Source: Felis catus
Lineage: Eukaryota
NCBI RefSeq assembly: GCF_018350175.1
Contig: NC_058383.1
Coordinates: 7,752,001 to 7,816,000 of the forward strand
DNA length: 64,000 nucleotides
Reading direction: 5' to 3'
Made by a program: the position numbers and the translations under genes. Every line of letters starts with the position of its first letter. Position 1 is the stretch's first letter. Positions 26,401 through 39,839 of the stretch are shown in pieces. The notes beneath the pieces are model-generated. The model searched no databases. It had not been told where the DNA came from and worked only from the letters and a program-made list of their open reading frames with translations.

Positions 26401-27709
26401 GTAGGAATGAGCAAAGTAGGAAAATAGGCTGGAAAGGTAGACACAGGGCAGAACACAGGCAGTCTTAGTTCTGAGGCAACTGGGAGCCATAGCAGGCTCC
26501 TGATCAGGGGAGTGACACAGAAGAGGCTGTTCAATGGGAAAGCTGGTGGGGATTGACTGCAGACGTTGGGGAGGAGACCCTCTGCAGTGGTCAGCGCCAC
26601 GCTAGGAGAGCACAGGGAGGCAGATGAAGGGGGCCCTGGCAGGGGGCGGTGGGCATTGCAGGGGGGGGAGCCCCAGGAAGCTTCCTGTTTTCTCTCTGCT
26701 CTTCAGGGTCCCCTGGTGTCATGGGCAGATAGCTGGACCCTGCTGGGCAGTAGCCAAGAGCATTTGGGTTGAAGTTGGCCCCCGAAGCACCCTCTGCCCT
26801 CTAGTAGGATTACCTCAGCTCAGGGGTTGGGTGTGGGGTGGACCAAGATCCTCTCCTCACCTTCTCTCCCAAGCTGCCATCAGAGGGCTCTCTCCAAAAG
26901 CCCTAGAGGATGAGCCAGCACCGCCCCTGTCCAGCAGGCCCCAACGCCTAGAAGAAGCTGGTCCTTCTGGCCCATCTCCCCTCCTTTCTTGAAGGCAGGG
27001 GTGTAGGCACCTCCAACAAGTTGCTACGAAGGAAGCAGCAGGTCTCACAGCCCGAAATCCTCCTCTCCTCCCTTTCCTCAGGCAGTGTCTACCCGCCCCC
27101 CCCCCAATCTGTCCCTGGCCCCCTCTCCATGGTCAGGTCAGGGCAGTGACGCAGGAGTCGGGGGAATGAAGAGCACAGGCTGGGGAGGGGCGAGGGGTCG
27201 GGACAGAACGCATGTGTGGACGTGTGTGGACGTGAGCGTGCGTGTGCTTGTCCCACAGCTGGGATTTAGGAGGGAAGCAGAACCGGGCTCTGAGGGCCAG
27301 GCGGGGCTGGGAGGCTGCCTGGGTGCTGAGAGGGAAATTGGCACCAGGGGCATAGCAGGGTGTGCAGACTGGGAGCCAGTACAGCAGGGTTGAGGAGGGA
27401 CCCCAGAGCAGGCTGGAGGTGAGTGGAGGGCAGAGGGGCAGGATCTGAGCAAGTCAGACCCTCATTCCTTCCCACTGGAAGCAGGCCAGCCTCTGCTTCC
27501 CCGCCTCTCCTGGTCACCATTCTGAGCCCCTCTTTGATCTTGCTCTCTCCCCACTTTATGATTCCCTCCCTCACCTCCATGGGACTTTATTCATGTCACC
27601 CTCTCAGCAAGGCTCTCCCGACTGCCCATCTAAAATTGCAGCCTCCCCGGTCACTCCTGGTCACTTCCATGTGTGTTCTCCTTGGTCCTTATTGCCACTG
27701 GAGAGCCTC

Positions 27710-28335
27710 TTTTTTTTTTTCTTTTTTTAAGTTTTATTTATTTTGAAAGAGAGAGAGTGCATGCACACATGCAATACGGGGGAGGCAGAGAGGGACTCAC
27801 AAGCAGGCTCCGTGATACCAGCGCAGAGCCCAACACAGGGCTCAAACCCACCAACCGCGAGATTATGGCCGTAGCCGAAATCAAGAGCCAGATGCTCAAC
27901 CAACCGAGCCACCCAGGTGCCCCGGAGATCCCCATATTTGTGTTTGTCATCTGCCTTGCTGCTGGAATGTCAGCTCCATCAAGGCAGGCATTCTTGTCTG
28001 TTTCATTCACTGCTCTATCCCCAGGTCCTTGGCCACAATTAGGTACTCATATATATTTCTTAGAGGAATAGTCATTTCTTGAATGAATGAATGAATGAAT
28101 GAATGTTTCCCATTCTTTTCTTTTCTTTTTAAATGTTTTATTTATTTTTGAGACAGAGAGAGACAGAGCATGAGCAGGGGAGGGGCAGAGAGAGAAGGAA
28201 ACACAGAATCTGAAGCAGGCTCCAGGTTCTGAGCTGTCAGCACAGAGCCCGACGCGGGGCTTGAACTCACAAACTGCAAGATCATGACCTGAGCCAAAGT
28301 CGGACGCTTAATCGACTGAGCCACCCAGGCGCCCC
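27710..28335 (-). mobile_element. Two Can-SINEs (27710-27922; 28115-28335) with intervening (GAAT)n
   Basis: SINE consensus on the minus strand, upstream of EPO. Confidence 0.85.
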
Positions 28336-29479
28336 TTTCCCATTCTTTTCAAACAAAATCCAAATTCTTTAGAGTGGCATGCAAGGCCCTTCCCAACTTG
28401 ACCCCTCCCAAACCAGCCCTCTGGCCTTGTGTCCACCTTTCCCTTCCACACCCTCCCCCCTGACATGCCTGACCATCCCGGATCTTCCTTCTCCCCTGCT
28501 ATACTAGCCTCTTCCCCCACCTCACATCTCTTCCCATGGAAATCCTACCCACCCTTCGAGGCTGAGCTCAAGTCACCTCCTGCATCAAATCTTCCATGAT
28601 TCCCCCAGCTAACAGTGAGCTCTGCCTCTTTCAAACTTTTCCACCTAGGCTCCACACACTCCAGTCCTCACACACTGCCCTGTGTACCCATCTTATCTCT
28701 ATGGTAAGCTACAAACTCCAGGAAGCAGGAGCAAGGTCTCAAACACATCTTTTTGTCTTGCAAAAGTCAGCTGACTTGACAAAAGAAGGCACCGATGGCT
28801 TGAATGAGATATCTTTAGTATCACAGAACTGGTAAGGATGTGAAGGAATATATATAACCATCTGTATTTGTAGGACTTTGGGACTGGGACTTTCATCAGC
28901 CCCGTTTGATAGGTCAGGGCACTGAGGCTCAGGACTGAGACCTCTTTCCAAGCTTTGAGAGGCCAGCCAGCCTTGGACTCCTGCTCTAGACAGCTTGCCC
29001 GGATGCTTCCTAGAAGCCCCAAAGGCTGAGCTGCAAATCTGAAGAGCCATCATTCTGGGGGATAGCTCTATTTCAGAGCTCTTAAGAATTCTGCCACGCA
29101 GACTAACCTATATCACAGGTCAGAGACAAAAACAACAAAAAGGATGTCAAAGTGCATGGCCTGTCCTGCACAACATACCAGGTGCCCGAAAGTTCCATTT
29201 CTGGGTTTTCAGAGTCCTGGAAAGTGATGAGTGGGGAGAGAAGACCCCCAGATTTCTTGCTTCGTGTGCCCCCATAAAATTCCAGACCACGAACAAATAC
29301 TGGCTTCTAGAAGTAGCGGGATTGTGAGAGGAAGGCAACTCGCCTCTGCCAGCACCTTCCCGGCCTCCAGACCCAGCTGCCTCGCAGGAACTGGCACCCC
29401 CAGCTCTGAACCCCCCCCACCTTGGCCCGAGAACGGGACGCCCCCCTCTCCCACCCCCAGGGAGCGTCGGAGGCCCCCA

Positions 29480-29970
29480 GCCTTTCCCAGAATGGCACCC
29501 CTCCCGCGGGTGCGCACCCAGCGGCACCTCCCACAACCCGGGCTCGGACGCGCAGACCGGTGCCCCGCTCCGCGCCTGCGGCCGCTGTGCTCCCGCCCCG
29601 ACGAACCCCCGACCCAGGCGTCCTGCCCCGGTCTGACCCCTCTGGCCCCTACCTCCGGCGACCCCTCACGCACACAGCCTGCCCCCCACCCCCACACACG
29701 CACGCACACATGCTGATAACAGCCCCGACCCCCGGCCGAGCCGCAGTCCCCGGGCCAACCCCGACCGGTCGCCGCGCGCCAGTCCTCGCGGACCGTGGCC
29801 AGCAGTCCTGCGCTCGCTGTGCGCGACCCCGGCTCGGCGGTCCCCGGACGGTGGCCCCTTCCTTCAGGGCGTGAGGCCGGCCCTGCCCCGCCGCGCTTCC
29901 CGGGATGAGGGCTCCCGGCAAGGGCGCCGGCCGAGCCCCTGGTCGCTGAGGGGCCGGGGGAGGCGCGGAG
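29480..29970 (+). promoter_or_regulatory. EPO: EPO CpG-island promoter and 5' UTR with GATA box
   Basis: GCACACATGCTGATAACAGCCCCGACCC, with TGATAA at 29714-29719 in the TATA position as in other mammalian EPO promoters. CACCC boxes present. The CpG island extends into intron 1. Confidence 0.85.
29905..29949 (+). other. EPO upstream ORF, 14 codons (MRAPGKGAGRAPGR*)
   Basis: gggATGa at 29905 and TGA at 29947-29949, 21 nt before the EPO ATG. Same length as the described human EPO uORF. Confidence 0.8.
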
Positions 29971-31745
29971 ATGGGGTCGTGCGGTGAGTACCCGCCGGCT
30001 GGAGGAGTACCCGTCGGCTGGAGGAGCCCCCGCCCGCCTGGGCCCCTGTTTGAGCAGGAATTTACCGCTGGGGCTAGTGGCCCCGAGGTGGCCGGGTTCA
30101 AGGACCGACAACTTGCCAAGGACCCCGGAAGGGCAAGGGGGGTGGGGCAGCCTCCACGTGCCGGCAGGGCTCCCGGAGCCGCCGGGAAAAGGTGAAATCT
30201 GACCCGGGCACGGGGACGCGGTTTGCGGGTTCGGGGGGAAGAGGGGCGGCTCCGTGCGTGGGGAGGAAGCTGATACCTGGGTCTTGGAGCAATCCCCGGG
30301 ATCTGCGAGAGGGGAAGCCTCTGTCACACCGGGATTGAAGTTTGCCCGGGAGAAGGGGATGCCGGTAGTTTGGGGGGTGGGGTGTGCTCACCGCGGCGGC
30401 GGCGGGGATTGAATGAAGGCCAAGGAGGCAGAACCCGAGCGCGGGGAAGGTTCGGGGTGGGAGCGACAAGCTGGGGGCAGAGGAACGGGATGTGTGAACC
30501 TGCTCCTCCAAACACACTCAGCCTGGCACTCTTTTCTAGAATGTCCTGCCCTGCTGCTTCTGCTATCTTTGCTGCTGCTTCCCCTGGGCCTCCCAGTCCT
30601 GGGCGCCCCCCCTCGCCTCATCTGTGACAGCCGAGTCCTGGAGAGGTACATTCTGGAGGCCAGGGAGGCCGAAAATGTCACGGTGAGGCCCCCTCCACAA
30701 AACATTCCACAGAACTCACTCTCAGGAGTCCTGGGGGGGGGGGGGTCCTCCAAGATCCAGGAAGCTGAGCCCCTTCCTGGCACTTGGTTCAGGGAGGTGG
30801 GAAGCCAGAACCCCCAGTAACAATGATAAAAGTGGTACCCCCAATGCATACCTGGAAGCTAGGTAAGGCCCTCGGGGAGCCTGACTCGGGGGTCGTGCAT
30901 TTCAGATGGGCTGTGCTGAAGGCTGCAGCTTCAGTGAGAATATCACTGTCCCAGACACCAAGGTCAACTTCTATACCTGGAAGAGGATGGACGTGAGTTT
31001 ATGTTTTCCTTCTTCTTGGGGGTCTCATTTTGGGAACCTGTTGGGGTGGGAGGGAGAATGATAGAAGGAGGTGAGGGCTGAATGCAGTATGTCCATTCAT
31101 TTGTTCCTTTCTTCATTCATTCATTCATTCATTCATTCAACAAAACTGATTCCATGCCTTCCTTTGCTCAGCTTGGTGCTTGGGGTTGCTAAGACGGAGG
31201 GGCTGGCTTGGGCTGCTGACTCCAAGTGTCCACTCCCTTTAGGTCGGGCAGCAGGCTGTGGAAGTCTGGCAGGGCCTCGCCCTGCTCTCAGAAGCCATCC
31301 TGCGGGGCCAGGCCCTGCTGGCCAACTCCTCCCAGCCATCTGAGACCCTGCAGCTGCATGTGGATAAAGCCGTCAGCAGCCTGCGCAGCCTCACCTCCCT
31401 GCTTCGGGCACTGGGAGCCCAGGTGCGTAGGTGGGGGGGCCTCACTTCACTCTGCCCTTTCTGTAAAATGGGAGAAGGACCCCTGCCAAGAAATACTGAG
31501 GGTCTCATCCCCCTTCCGATCCTAGCCTGAATCCCATCTCCCTCCAGGGGCCCCGGCACTGCGGTAACCTTCTGTTCTCTCCTTGGCAGAAGGAAGCCAC
31601 CTCCCTTCCAGAGGCAACCTCTGCTGCTCCACTCCGAACATTCACTGTCGATACTTTGTGCAAACTTTTCCGAATCTACTCCAACTTCCTGCGGGGAAAG
31701 CTGACGCTGTACACAGGGGAGGCCTGCCGAAGAGGAGACAGGTGA
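29971..31745 (+). CDS. EPO: Erythropoietin precursor, 192 aa, 5 exons
   Basis: Exons 29971-29983, 30540-30682, 30906-30992, 31243-31422, 31590-31745 (579 nt, all GT-AG). Protein MGSCECPALLLLLSLLLLPLGLPVLG|APPRLICDSRVLERYILEAREAENVTMGCAEGC...LYTGEACRRGDR*. Confidence 0.99.
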
Positions 31746-32290
31746 CCAGGTGCTCCTACCCCGGGCATGTCCACCACCTCACTTACCACCAATGCCTGTG
31801 CCACGCCCTCTGCACCACCACTCCTGACCCCTGTCGGGGGTGATCAGCTCAGCACCAGCCTGTCCCACGGACACTCCACGGCCAGTGGTGACATCGCAAG
31901 GGCCAGAGGAACTGTCCAGAGCGCAACTCAGATCTAAGGATGTCACAGGGCCAGCCTGAGGCCCCGAAGCAGGAGGAATTTGGAGGAAATCAGCTTAAAC
32001 TTGGGGATGGAGCCTTGCTGGGGAGAAACCGAAACCCATCTTGGTGCCCTGCCAAACCGTGATGCCGGGACAAGGTGGAGGGCCGATACCTCTTCGTGCA
32101 CCCATCAGGCAGGGATAGGAGGGACCGGAGAATTTAGGTGGCGAGCCATGAATTCTCCAGGTCTCATGGGCACTCCCATGATAGTAAGAGCCCGCCGGAC
32201 GAAGGGTGGTGGGAGCCAGGGAGATGGGATGGGGGCTGGCCCCTGGCTCTCAGTGGGTCCACATCTTGTGTATTTTTCAATCTCACCGGC

Positions 32291-32296
32291 AAGAAC
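32291..32296 (+). terminator. EPO non-canonical polyadenylation signal AAGAAC
   Basis: I found no AATAAA in the 3' UTR before the enhancer. CAAGAACTGAAACCAC resembles the human EPO mRNA 3' end as I recall it, and a T-rich tract follows. Confidence 0.65.
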
Positions 32297-32415
32297 TGAA
32301 ACCACAACATGGCTCTTGGCTTTTCTGTTTTCCCCTGGAGCGCCCCACTTCCCTGGCCCTGCTCCCACCCTGGCAGCAGGCAGCAGTCCTGGGAAACTAG
32401 AGCTGGAGGGGGTCA

Positions 32416-32460
32416 GGCCCTACGTGCTGCCTCGCATGGCCTGTCTGACCTCTTGACCCC
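32416..32460 (+). promoter_or_regulatory. EPO: EPO 3' hypoxia-inducible enhancer (HIF site plus DR2 nuclear-receptor site)
   Basis: TACGTGCT at 32421-32428; DR2 TGACCT-CT-TGACCC at 32446-32459 (HNF4/RXR site). Confidence 0.95.
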
Positions 32461-33566
32461 ACTGGGCCTGAGGCCACAAGCTCTGCCCACGCTGGTCAAT
32501 AAGGTGGCTCCATTCAAGGCTATTCCTCAGTAGGCAGCTGGCAACTCTCTTTAGTGAGTTACAGCCGCCATCAAGGAAACAGGAGCCAGGAGGAAGAGTC
32601 CCTTTGGTGGCTGGGGACAGCTCCCAGTCCTGTATACTAGACCCTTATTATTTCTCACTTCTTCTCTGTGGTGCCTTTGGCTAAAACCACATTCCCAGTA
32701 TCTGCCCTTGCCACCTCTAAATCCCGCTGCCCTCTTTCCTTGCCGGGGATGGTCACTATTAATGCTCTACCCTGTAACTCACAGAAGGAGCCACCTTCCC
32801 CGACAAGGGTCTCACTGAGCATGGCTCTTCCAGGTGGTTCCCTTACTCGACTTCATTTGATTCCTTGCACAACTCTATGAGAAAGTGTCCACTGTCATTC
32901 CCATCGAACAGGTGAAGAAATAAAGTCACTGCCAAGGTCAAGACAACAGGAACCCCCAATTCCCCCAGCACTGACCCCCCTTCCCTCTTCTGCTTGTTCC
33001 TTCCACAGAATCCCTACCTGCTCCCTGCTTCCCCGGGATATGGGACACAGAACAAACGGCCTCCACTCTCCATCCCTACGTCTAATTTTACTCATTACTC
33101 TGACAATCAACTTCAAATTCCTTCCCAGACATAATGCTTCCGCTGTAAAGTACCGCCCAGGAGAGACCAGTGCAGACAGCAAAAGATGACACAAAACTGC
33201 ATCAGGATCCAGATCCCGGCCATAAACATATATGGGAGGATCAGTCTCTCTGTTTCTATCACAAAACAGAGAAGTCAGGCTGCACCCCTGAAAATATGCA
33301 AAAGAGAGAGAAGTTTTGCAATCTGTAGCAGGAAAAATTAGGGGTAGGTTGCAGGATTGGAGGGTATTTGTGAAGTATAGAAGCGTGATGGGGGCAGGGG
33401 TGGGACGAATCCACAGAGGGGTGGATCCAAAGGAGAATTTTCACCTGGCCAATCCAGCTCCTGGGGTACAGTGCCCTCTTCAGGCCCCACTAGGAAATGC
33501 TAAACAAATTGGCCTGCAAAAGAACCCTTAAGGCTCCGATCTTGGCACATTTCAATAGAAGTTTGC

Positions 33567-34298
33567 AGGGGCGCCTGGGTGGCTCAGTTGGTTGAGCATC
33601 CGACTTCGGCTCAGGTCACGATCTCACGTCCGGTCCGTGAGTTCTTCGAGCCCCGTGTCGGGCTCTGGGCTGATGGCTCAGAGCCTGGAGCCTGCTTCCG
33701 ATTCTGTGTCTCCCTCTCTTTCTGCCCCTCCCCCGTTCATGCTCTGTCTCTGTCTCAAAAATAAATAAACGTTAAAAAAAATTTTTTAAAAATAAGTTTG
33801 TATTGCGGTTTCCACAGATGGCATCTGGTTCTCACTCCGCTGCTGTGAATCAGGAAGGGAGGAATCTGTCTTTCTCTCTGGCAGAACTGAAGTCAAGAGG
33901 GTTGTCCTGAAATCCAAGGAATGCAGCTAATAATGGCAGCTGGGACCTGAACACAAGGTTGAGGACTCAACCCCCAAGCACATCTTAGCCTGATCTGGTA
34001 CCTAGCTAGTTAAGGGACCCCAACTATATGACCTGGGCCAGTATGTTAAAACATTCAAAACATATGGGGCACCTGAGTGGCTCAGTTGGTTAAGTATCTG
34101 ACGTTGGCTCAGGTCTTGATCTCATGGCTCGTGAGTTCAAGGCTTGCGTCGGGCTCTGTGCTGACAGCTTGGAGCCTGGAGCTTCCTTCAGATTCTGTGT
34201 CTCTTTCTCCTTTTCTCTCTCTGCCCCTCCCCCACTAGCACTCTGTCTGTCTGCCTGTCTGTCTCTCTCTCCCAAAAATAAAAAAACTTAAAAAAAAA
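33567..34298 (+). mobile_element. Two Can-SINEs (33567-33790; 34066-34298)
   Basis: GGGGCGCCTGGGTGGCTCAG-type heads and A-rich tails. Confidence 0.88.
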
Positions 34299-36444
34299 CC
34301 CACATAACTCATTTATTCCACACTTAACGGAGTGCCTACTGGGTGCCAGCTTCTGTGCTGAGTGCTTAGAAAAACATGAAATGATCATCTGCGCCACTCA
34401 CAGCCCAGGTGTCCTCCGAGAAAGCGGGCATTCCCCACTGGAGACAAAAAGACAGGAGCTCATAAACGTGGACAGAGCCGGCTTTGTAGGTCACTGTATG
34501 GACAGGCCCCGATGGGAAGGACCTGGTGAAGGCTCAAGTCCCTGCGAAGCAACATAGATACCCAAGGAGGGAGGGTGTCTCCAGATTCCAGATGTTTTTC
34601 AGGCACAGGCAGGGAGTGTGAACTCTCTTCTGTACTATTACGATGATGATTCACAACTTATTAAACTCTGGCACCGGCATGACCTGCTGTGATTCTCACC
34701 ACCAATCCACGAAACAGGAGGACCTTCAGTATCATCCCCGTTTGCCGGATGGGGAGAATGAAACTTAAGTCCCACCAGGTAAACGACAGCCAGCCAGCTC
34801 CTCTGACTTCCTGGCAGGACAGGAGCCAGCACAGCCCAGTTCTGAGTCAGCGGGTTACATAATTGTTTAATGGCACTGCCTTGTGTTTGTAGAGTGCTTT
34901 GCGATTTACAAGGTGCTTTCTCGGGGCATTTTCTTATTTGCTCTCCTAACCGAGGGAGGAAGGCAGAGACGGTAGAGGATCTCCATTTTGCAGAGGAAGA
35001 AACCAAGGTTCAGAGAGATTATGGGCCATGCCCAGGCCGTAAGACACTGAGAGGAAGATAAGGACCAGGATCCAGGTTCTCTGACCCTGGTTCCCTCTTC
35101 TGCCCCAAGCGGGGACCACAGGGAAAGGAGCGTAGAGGGAGTAGCTGGAGGAGAGGGAGCACTTCTGGGTCAATGAGGCTTTAGGCCCATCCATCTCTCA
35201 CTATCAACTCCTCCCTGCTCCATCCCCTGCCTGGGGTTCCTCCTTCCTCCCTAGATGGGCAGAAGTTACCTCCCACCCTTCCCAAGACCCAAGTCTCCAG
35301 CACTGGAGGCCAACTCAGTCGCCTCCAGCAGCCGGAGACCCCACCTTGACTGCCACCTATTGGCCCAAACCTTCTCCCTGGGCCTGAGCATCAGGCTGCC
35401 TGACCCCAGCTCACAGGTCACCTAAGATGTTCCTGGAACTGCTCAGAATCCTCTTCTCACCAAAGAAGACAAGTGTTGCTGGAGTTGAGTTGGCAACATT
35501 AGACATTGCAACCTGAGCTGAATGTTAACTACGTTTTTTGTTTTTTTTTTTCCGTAGCTGGTCAAGGTTAATTCCTCTAAAATTCCATCATAAAACTGTG
35601 ACATTATGAAAGATTACTGGCAACAGAAAAGCAGGCAGGAGTATGGTTTCCCAACTTATATGAGTCATGCCCAAATGTCCATGAACTCTCTCTTCTTGAT
35701 TTTTAAAAATTGATTAGGAAAAAAATTACATGACCCACACACAATTCCTGCTTTAAAACAAAACAAAATAAAACAAAATTTAGCCGTGCTAGTCTCTCCA
35801 TTTTACAGAAGCACACACTAAGGACCAGAGAGGGTGAGTAAAGTGTCCAAGGAAACACAGTGAAGCCAAGACCGGCTTTACTTCTCTGGAGTGGTTCCCA
35901 GGGTTTCTACATGCCAGGGTCTCTCACACCTATCCCTGCAGCTGCTAGGCTGGTCAAGCCACAAGCCCTCTGGGTCCTTGTGCACTCATGACTCCCCAAA
36001 ATGCAGAGCCCGGGGGCTCCCTCCCACATCGCCGGCCCTTCCTGTCCTGACTTGTGAACCAACCCCCACCCCCGGACAGGTTGGAAGCTGAGATTGTCCA
36101 GCTCTGTGGCGCCAAAGAGAGGTCAGCAAAAGCAGCCCTCGGAGGACTTATTGCCCAACCAGGAGGGGCTGTGGATCAATTGACTTCTGTTGCTCTTCCC
36201 CGGGTTAACCATTTCCTGGCGCTGTCCCTCTCTTGACTGCTCTCCTAACCTGGTATGGAGAAAGGGTAGATCAGGGTTTGGGCTGGGCATCCATTACATC
36301 CCCCACTTTGATGAAAAGGGGCAGAGGATTGCTCTCTCCCCAGATCGGACCCCTACACAGTCCCTTTGGGTTCATGTGGGCAGGAATCCCCAGGACTGCT
36401 AAGGGGGTTAGGACTTCCCTCTTCGATGTACCCCTGGGCATAGA

Positions 36445-36665
36445 TTTTTTTTTTAAGTTTTTTACAGTTTATTTATTTTGAGAGAGAGAGAGAGAGAGAG
36501 AACACGCTCATGAGTGGGGTAGGGGCAGAGAGAGAGGGAGAGAGAATCCCAAGCAGGCTCCTTGCTGTCCACACAGAACCCAACGTGTGGCTCAATCCCA
36601 CAACCATGAAATCATGACCTGAGCTGAAACCAAGAGTCAGATGCTCTACCGACTGAGCCACGCCG
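36445..36665 (-). mobile_element. Can-SINE
   Basis: SINE body with TSD GGGCATAGATTT. Confidence 0.88.
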
Positions 36666-37769
36666 GGCATAGATTTGATGATAGGGAATGGGGGGCTGCC
36701 AAGGTGAAGGGAGTGAAACTGAAGGTTTTTAGAAACCCGGGTGTGGTAGGATATGGGAAGTCTGGACAGGAGAGGCCAGCTCGCTGCTGACCAGCCCTCC
36801 AGCCTAGATACGGCTCCGTATGTGCGGTGGGAGTCAACAGCCTTTTCAAAAGGGGCAAAACCACCCTTCCGCTGCAGTCTTATGTAGGATTGCCATTTAT
36901 GAAACAGGTCAAAGCAGAGCTGCTCTGGCTGGGGTGGGGGTGGGGGTGGGGCCCTGACCTCCTCTGGATGCTCCCAACACAACTGTGGGAGTCTGCAGGC
37001 CACACTGTGGGGACCGCCGGAGCCATGCTCTTGGGCCGGACAGTGGACTTCATTTCCGAAGAGCTCAGTTTCAACACATGGAAAACGAGGACAATAGTTG
37101 TGCAATGAAGAGGACACGAGGTGCGGTTAGATTAGCCCACAAGCACCGCTGTTCCTGGCTCCTGGAAAGTTCTCCCCACTCCTGCTGTCTCGATGTTACT
37201 GTCCAGCTGCACCATCATCCCTCACCCTCCACAGCCTCCTCTCCTCTCTCTCCAGCTCCAACCAGCCTCTCTTTGGTCCTTATCTGCCGAGGCTGCCACA
37301 GAAGCCTTTGGAGAATGTACGTGGGATCAAGTCACCCTGGTGGCTTAAAAACTTTTAGTGGCCCTTCAAAGCTATGGCATCCAAGGTCCTCCAAGCCAGG
37401 GACCCTGCCTCTCCGCACCCTCCCCCCCCGCCACCCCCACACCATTCTTCAAAAAAGTGTCATGCTCCCTCTAAGCTTGGAACATTCTCCCTTCCTGGAT
37501 GTGTCTTCCCATCTTGTCTGATTACCACCTCTTTGTGGTTTAGAAAGTCTCTAAACCTGTGTCGGCAAGGTCTCCCCTGTCCCTTCCCAGAGGTGGCTCA
37601 TCCCTCCTGTTGTCTGCATTCTGGACTCTTCCGGCCTCTTTCATTTAATAACATACGCAGGATCCCTTTCCACTATCACAGCATACAGCTCTACCCCCAT
37701 TCTTTATTTTTTCCTTAAGCCAGGAATAAACTTTAACAAAGTGTAATAACATCAATTAATATTTTTAAA

Positions 37770-38700
37770 TTATTTTTTGACTGTGGTAACATACTCAACA
37801 TAAAATTTGTCATCTTAACCATTCAAATTCTTAAAAAATTCTTTTGTTTTTTTAAAATGTATTTATCTCTGTACCCCACATAGGGCTTGAACTCACGACC
37901 CCAAGATCAAGAGTCTCACACTCTTCCAACTGAGTCAGCCAGGCACCCCTCTTCTTAACCATTTTTAAGCGTGCAGTTCAGTGGCATTAAGTACATTCGC
38001 ATTGTGACATCATCACCACTGGCCATCCACACAACCTTCACATCTTCCCTAGCTGAAATTCTGTCCCCATGAAACAAAAACTCCTTATTCCTGTCAACCA
38101 CCATTCTATTTTCTGTCTCTACGAGTCTGACTACAGTAGGCATCTCCTATGAGCGGAATCATATGCTATTTGTCTTTCTGTGTCAGGCTTATTTCACTTA
38201 GCATAATGTCCTCAGTGTTGCAGCATGTGTGAGAATGTCCTTCATTTTAAAGGCTGAATGAGGGGCGCTTGGGTGGCTCAGCTGGTTAAATATCCGACTC
38301 CGGCTCAGGTCATGATCTCGCAGTTTGCGAGTTCGAGCCCCGCGTTGGGCTCTGTGCTGACAGTTGGGAGCCTAGAGCTTGCTTCAGATTCTGTGTCTCC
38401 CTCTCTCTGCCCCTCCCTTGTTCACACTCTGTCTCTCTCAAAAAATAAAAAAATTAAAAATAAACATTAAAAAAAAGGCTGAATGATATTGTATGTATGT
38501 GCCATATTTTTTGGCTTTGTGGACTTTGGGTCACCTTCACCTTTTGGCTATGGTGAATAATGCCACCATAAACATGGGTGACCAGGTTATCTATCTCTTC
38601 GTCTTTGCGTTCAATTCTTTTGGGTATACAGCCGGAAGTGGAATTGCTGGGCCCTATGGTAATTCTATTTTTAACTTTTGGAGGAGTGCCATTCTTTTTA
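37770..38700 (-). mobile_element. L1M 3' fragment (antisense) with inserted SINEs (37850-37950 minus; 38261-38477 plus)
   Basis: AAGCGTGCAGTTCAGTGGCATTAAGTACATTC...GGAATTGCTGGG L1 3' UTR motifs. TSD AAAAGGCTGAATGA flanks the plus-strand SINE. Confidence 0.75.
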
Positions 38701-39839
38701 ATATGTACATAATATTCCTCCATGTGAAAAATAGTCCTTGACTATGATCCAACCGCATCTCTGCTGGCAAACGTTTGGGTAATCTCGGTTTTTTTTTTTC
38801 CTACTCTAATCAGTGCCACAATTACCATCTTTAAGATGTGCCCAGCTTTGTGCAAAAAGGCATTTCTATTACTATTTTGTGCAAATAGGTATTTCTGTGG
38901 GAAGACGCTTGGAAAGGTAAGGTGGGGTCAAAGTCGTGCATGTTAGGAAGTTTGAGAGTTTCAGATTACCTTCGAAGAAGTTTTCACCAACATAGAGTCT
39001 TAGCATCAATGTATTTGAGTGTGTCTACCCACATCCTGGCCAATGCCCAATGCCTTCAATCTCTTAAATGGTTGTCAGTGTGACAGTTGTAGTTTTGATT
39101 AGCATTTTCCTTATCGCTAGTGAAGCAGGACATCTTCTCCGATGCTTACTGGCCGGTGGTATGTCTTCCTCTGGGACTTGTCTTTTTCGATTCTTTGCCA
39201 GTAATGACCTGCCAGTCGTTTTCGCCATTGTTGCCAGCTATAGAATTTTAGATTTGAAATGATTTCCTGTTGGAATTCTGCAGACAATGTTCCACGGCCT
39301 CTTAGAACCCCTGGTTGCTATTGAAAAGCCTGATGCCATGCTGATTCCTGATCCTTAGTATGTGACCTGCTTCTTTCTATGTGAAAGTGGTTAGGGTCTT
39401 CTCTCCCCTCCTCCCCCAATACTCTGAAATCTCATGACAGACCTTCCATGGGTGTCTTTGCACCCATCATAAGAGACCCCTTTTCATCAAGAGACTTGTA
39501 GCTCAGTCCTATGAAGTCTTCTCATGTGGTTTTTCCGAAGTCCTTTCTTTCCCTTTGTTCTTTCTGATTTGCACTCTTTTGGTCGGATGCTAGACGTTCT
39601 GGACTGCTTCTCTAAGTCTTTCTCTTGGTCCTTCTCTCCTGCTCTCATCTCATTTCCTTTCACTGGATTTTAAATTTCCACCCTTGTAGTTTTCATTTCC
39701 CAGAGCGTCCTGGTGTTCTCTGTCTGGCTTTCATGGCATCCCCGGAAGGATGTCAAGCGAGGAGGGTCAGGGATAGATAAAGTAGCCCGCGCTCACTGTG
39801 CCTTCCCCTCTTCCCTAAGAGCCGCCTCTGAGGTCCCAT

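Noticed and set aside
29484..29492. STAT-type TTCCCAGAA in the EPO promoter
   Set aside because: A single short motif expected by chance, with no supporting evidence from the sequence.
29209..30327. 372-aa antisense ORF over the EPO promoter
   Set aside because: CpG-island artefact with no coding signature.
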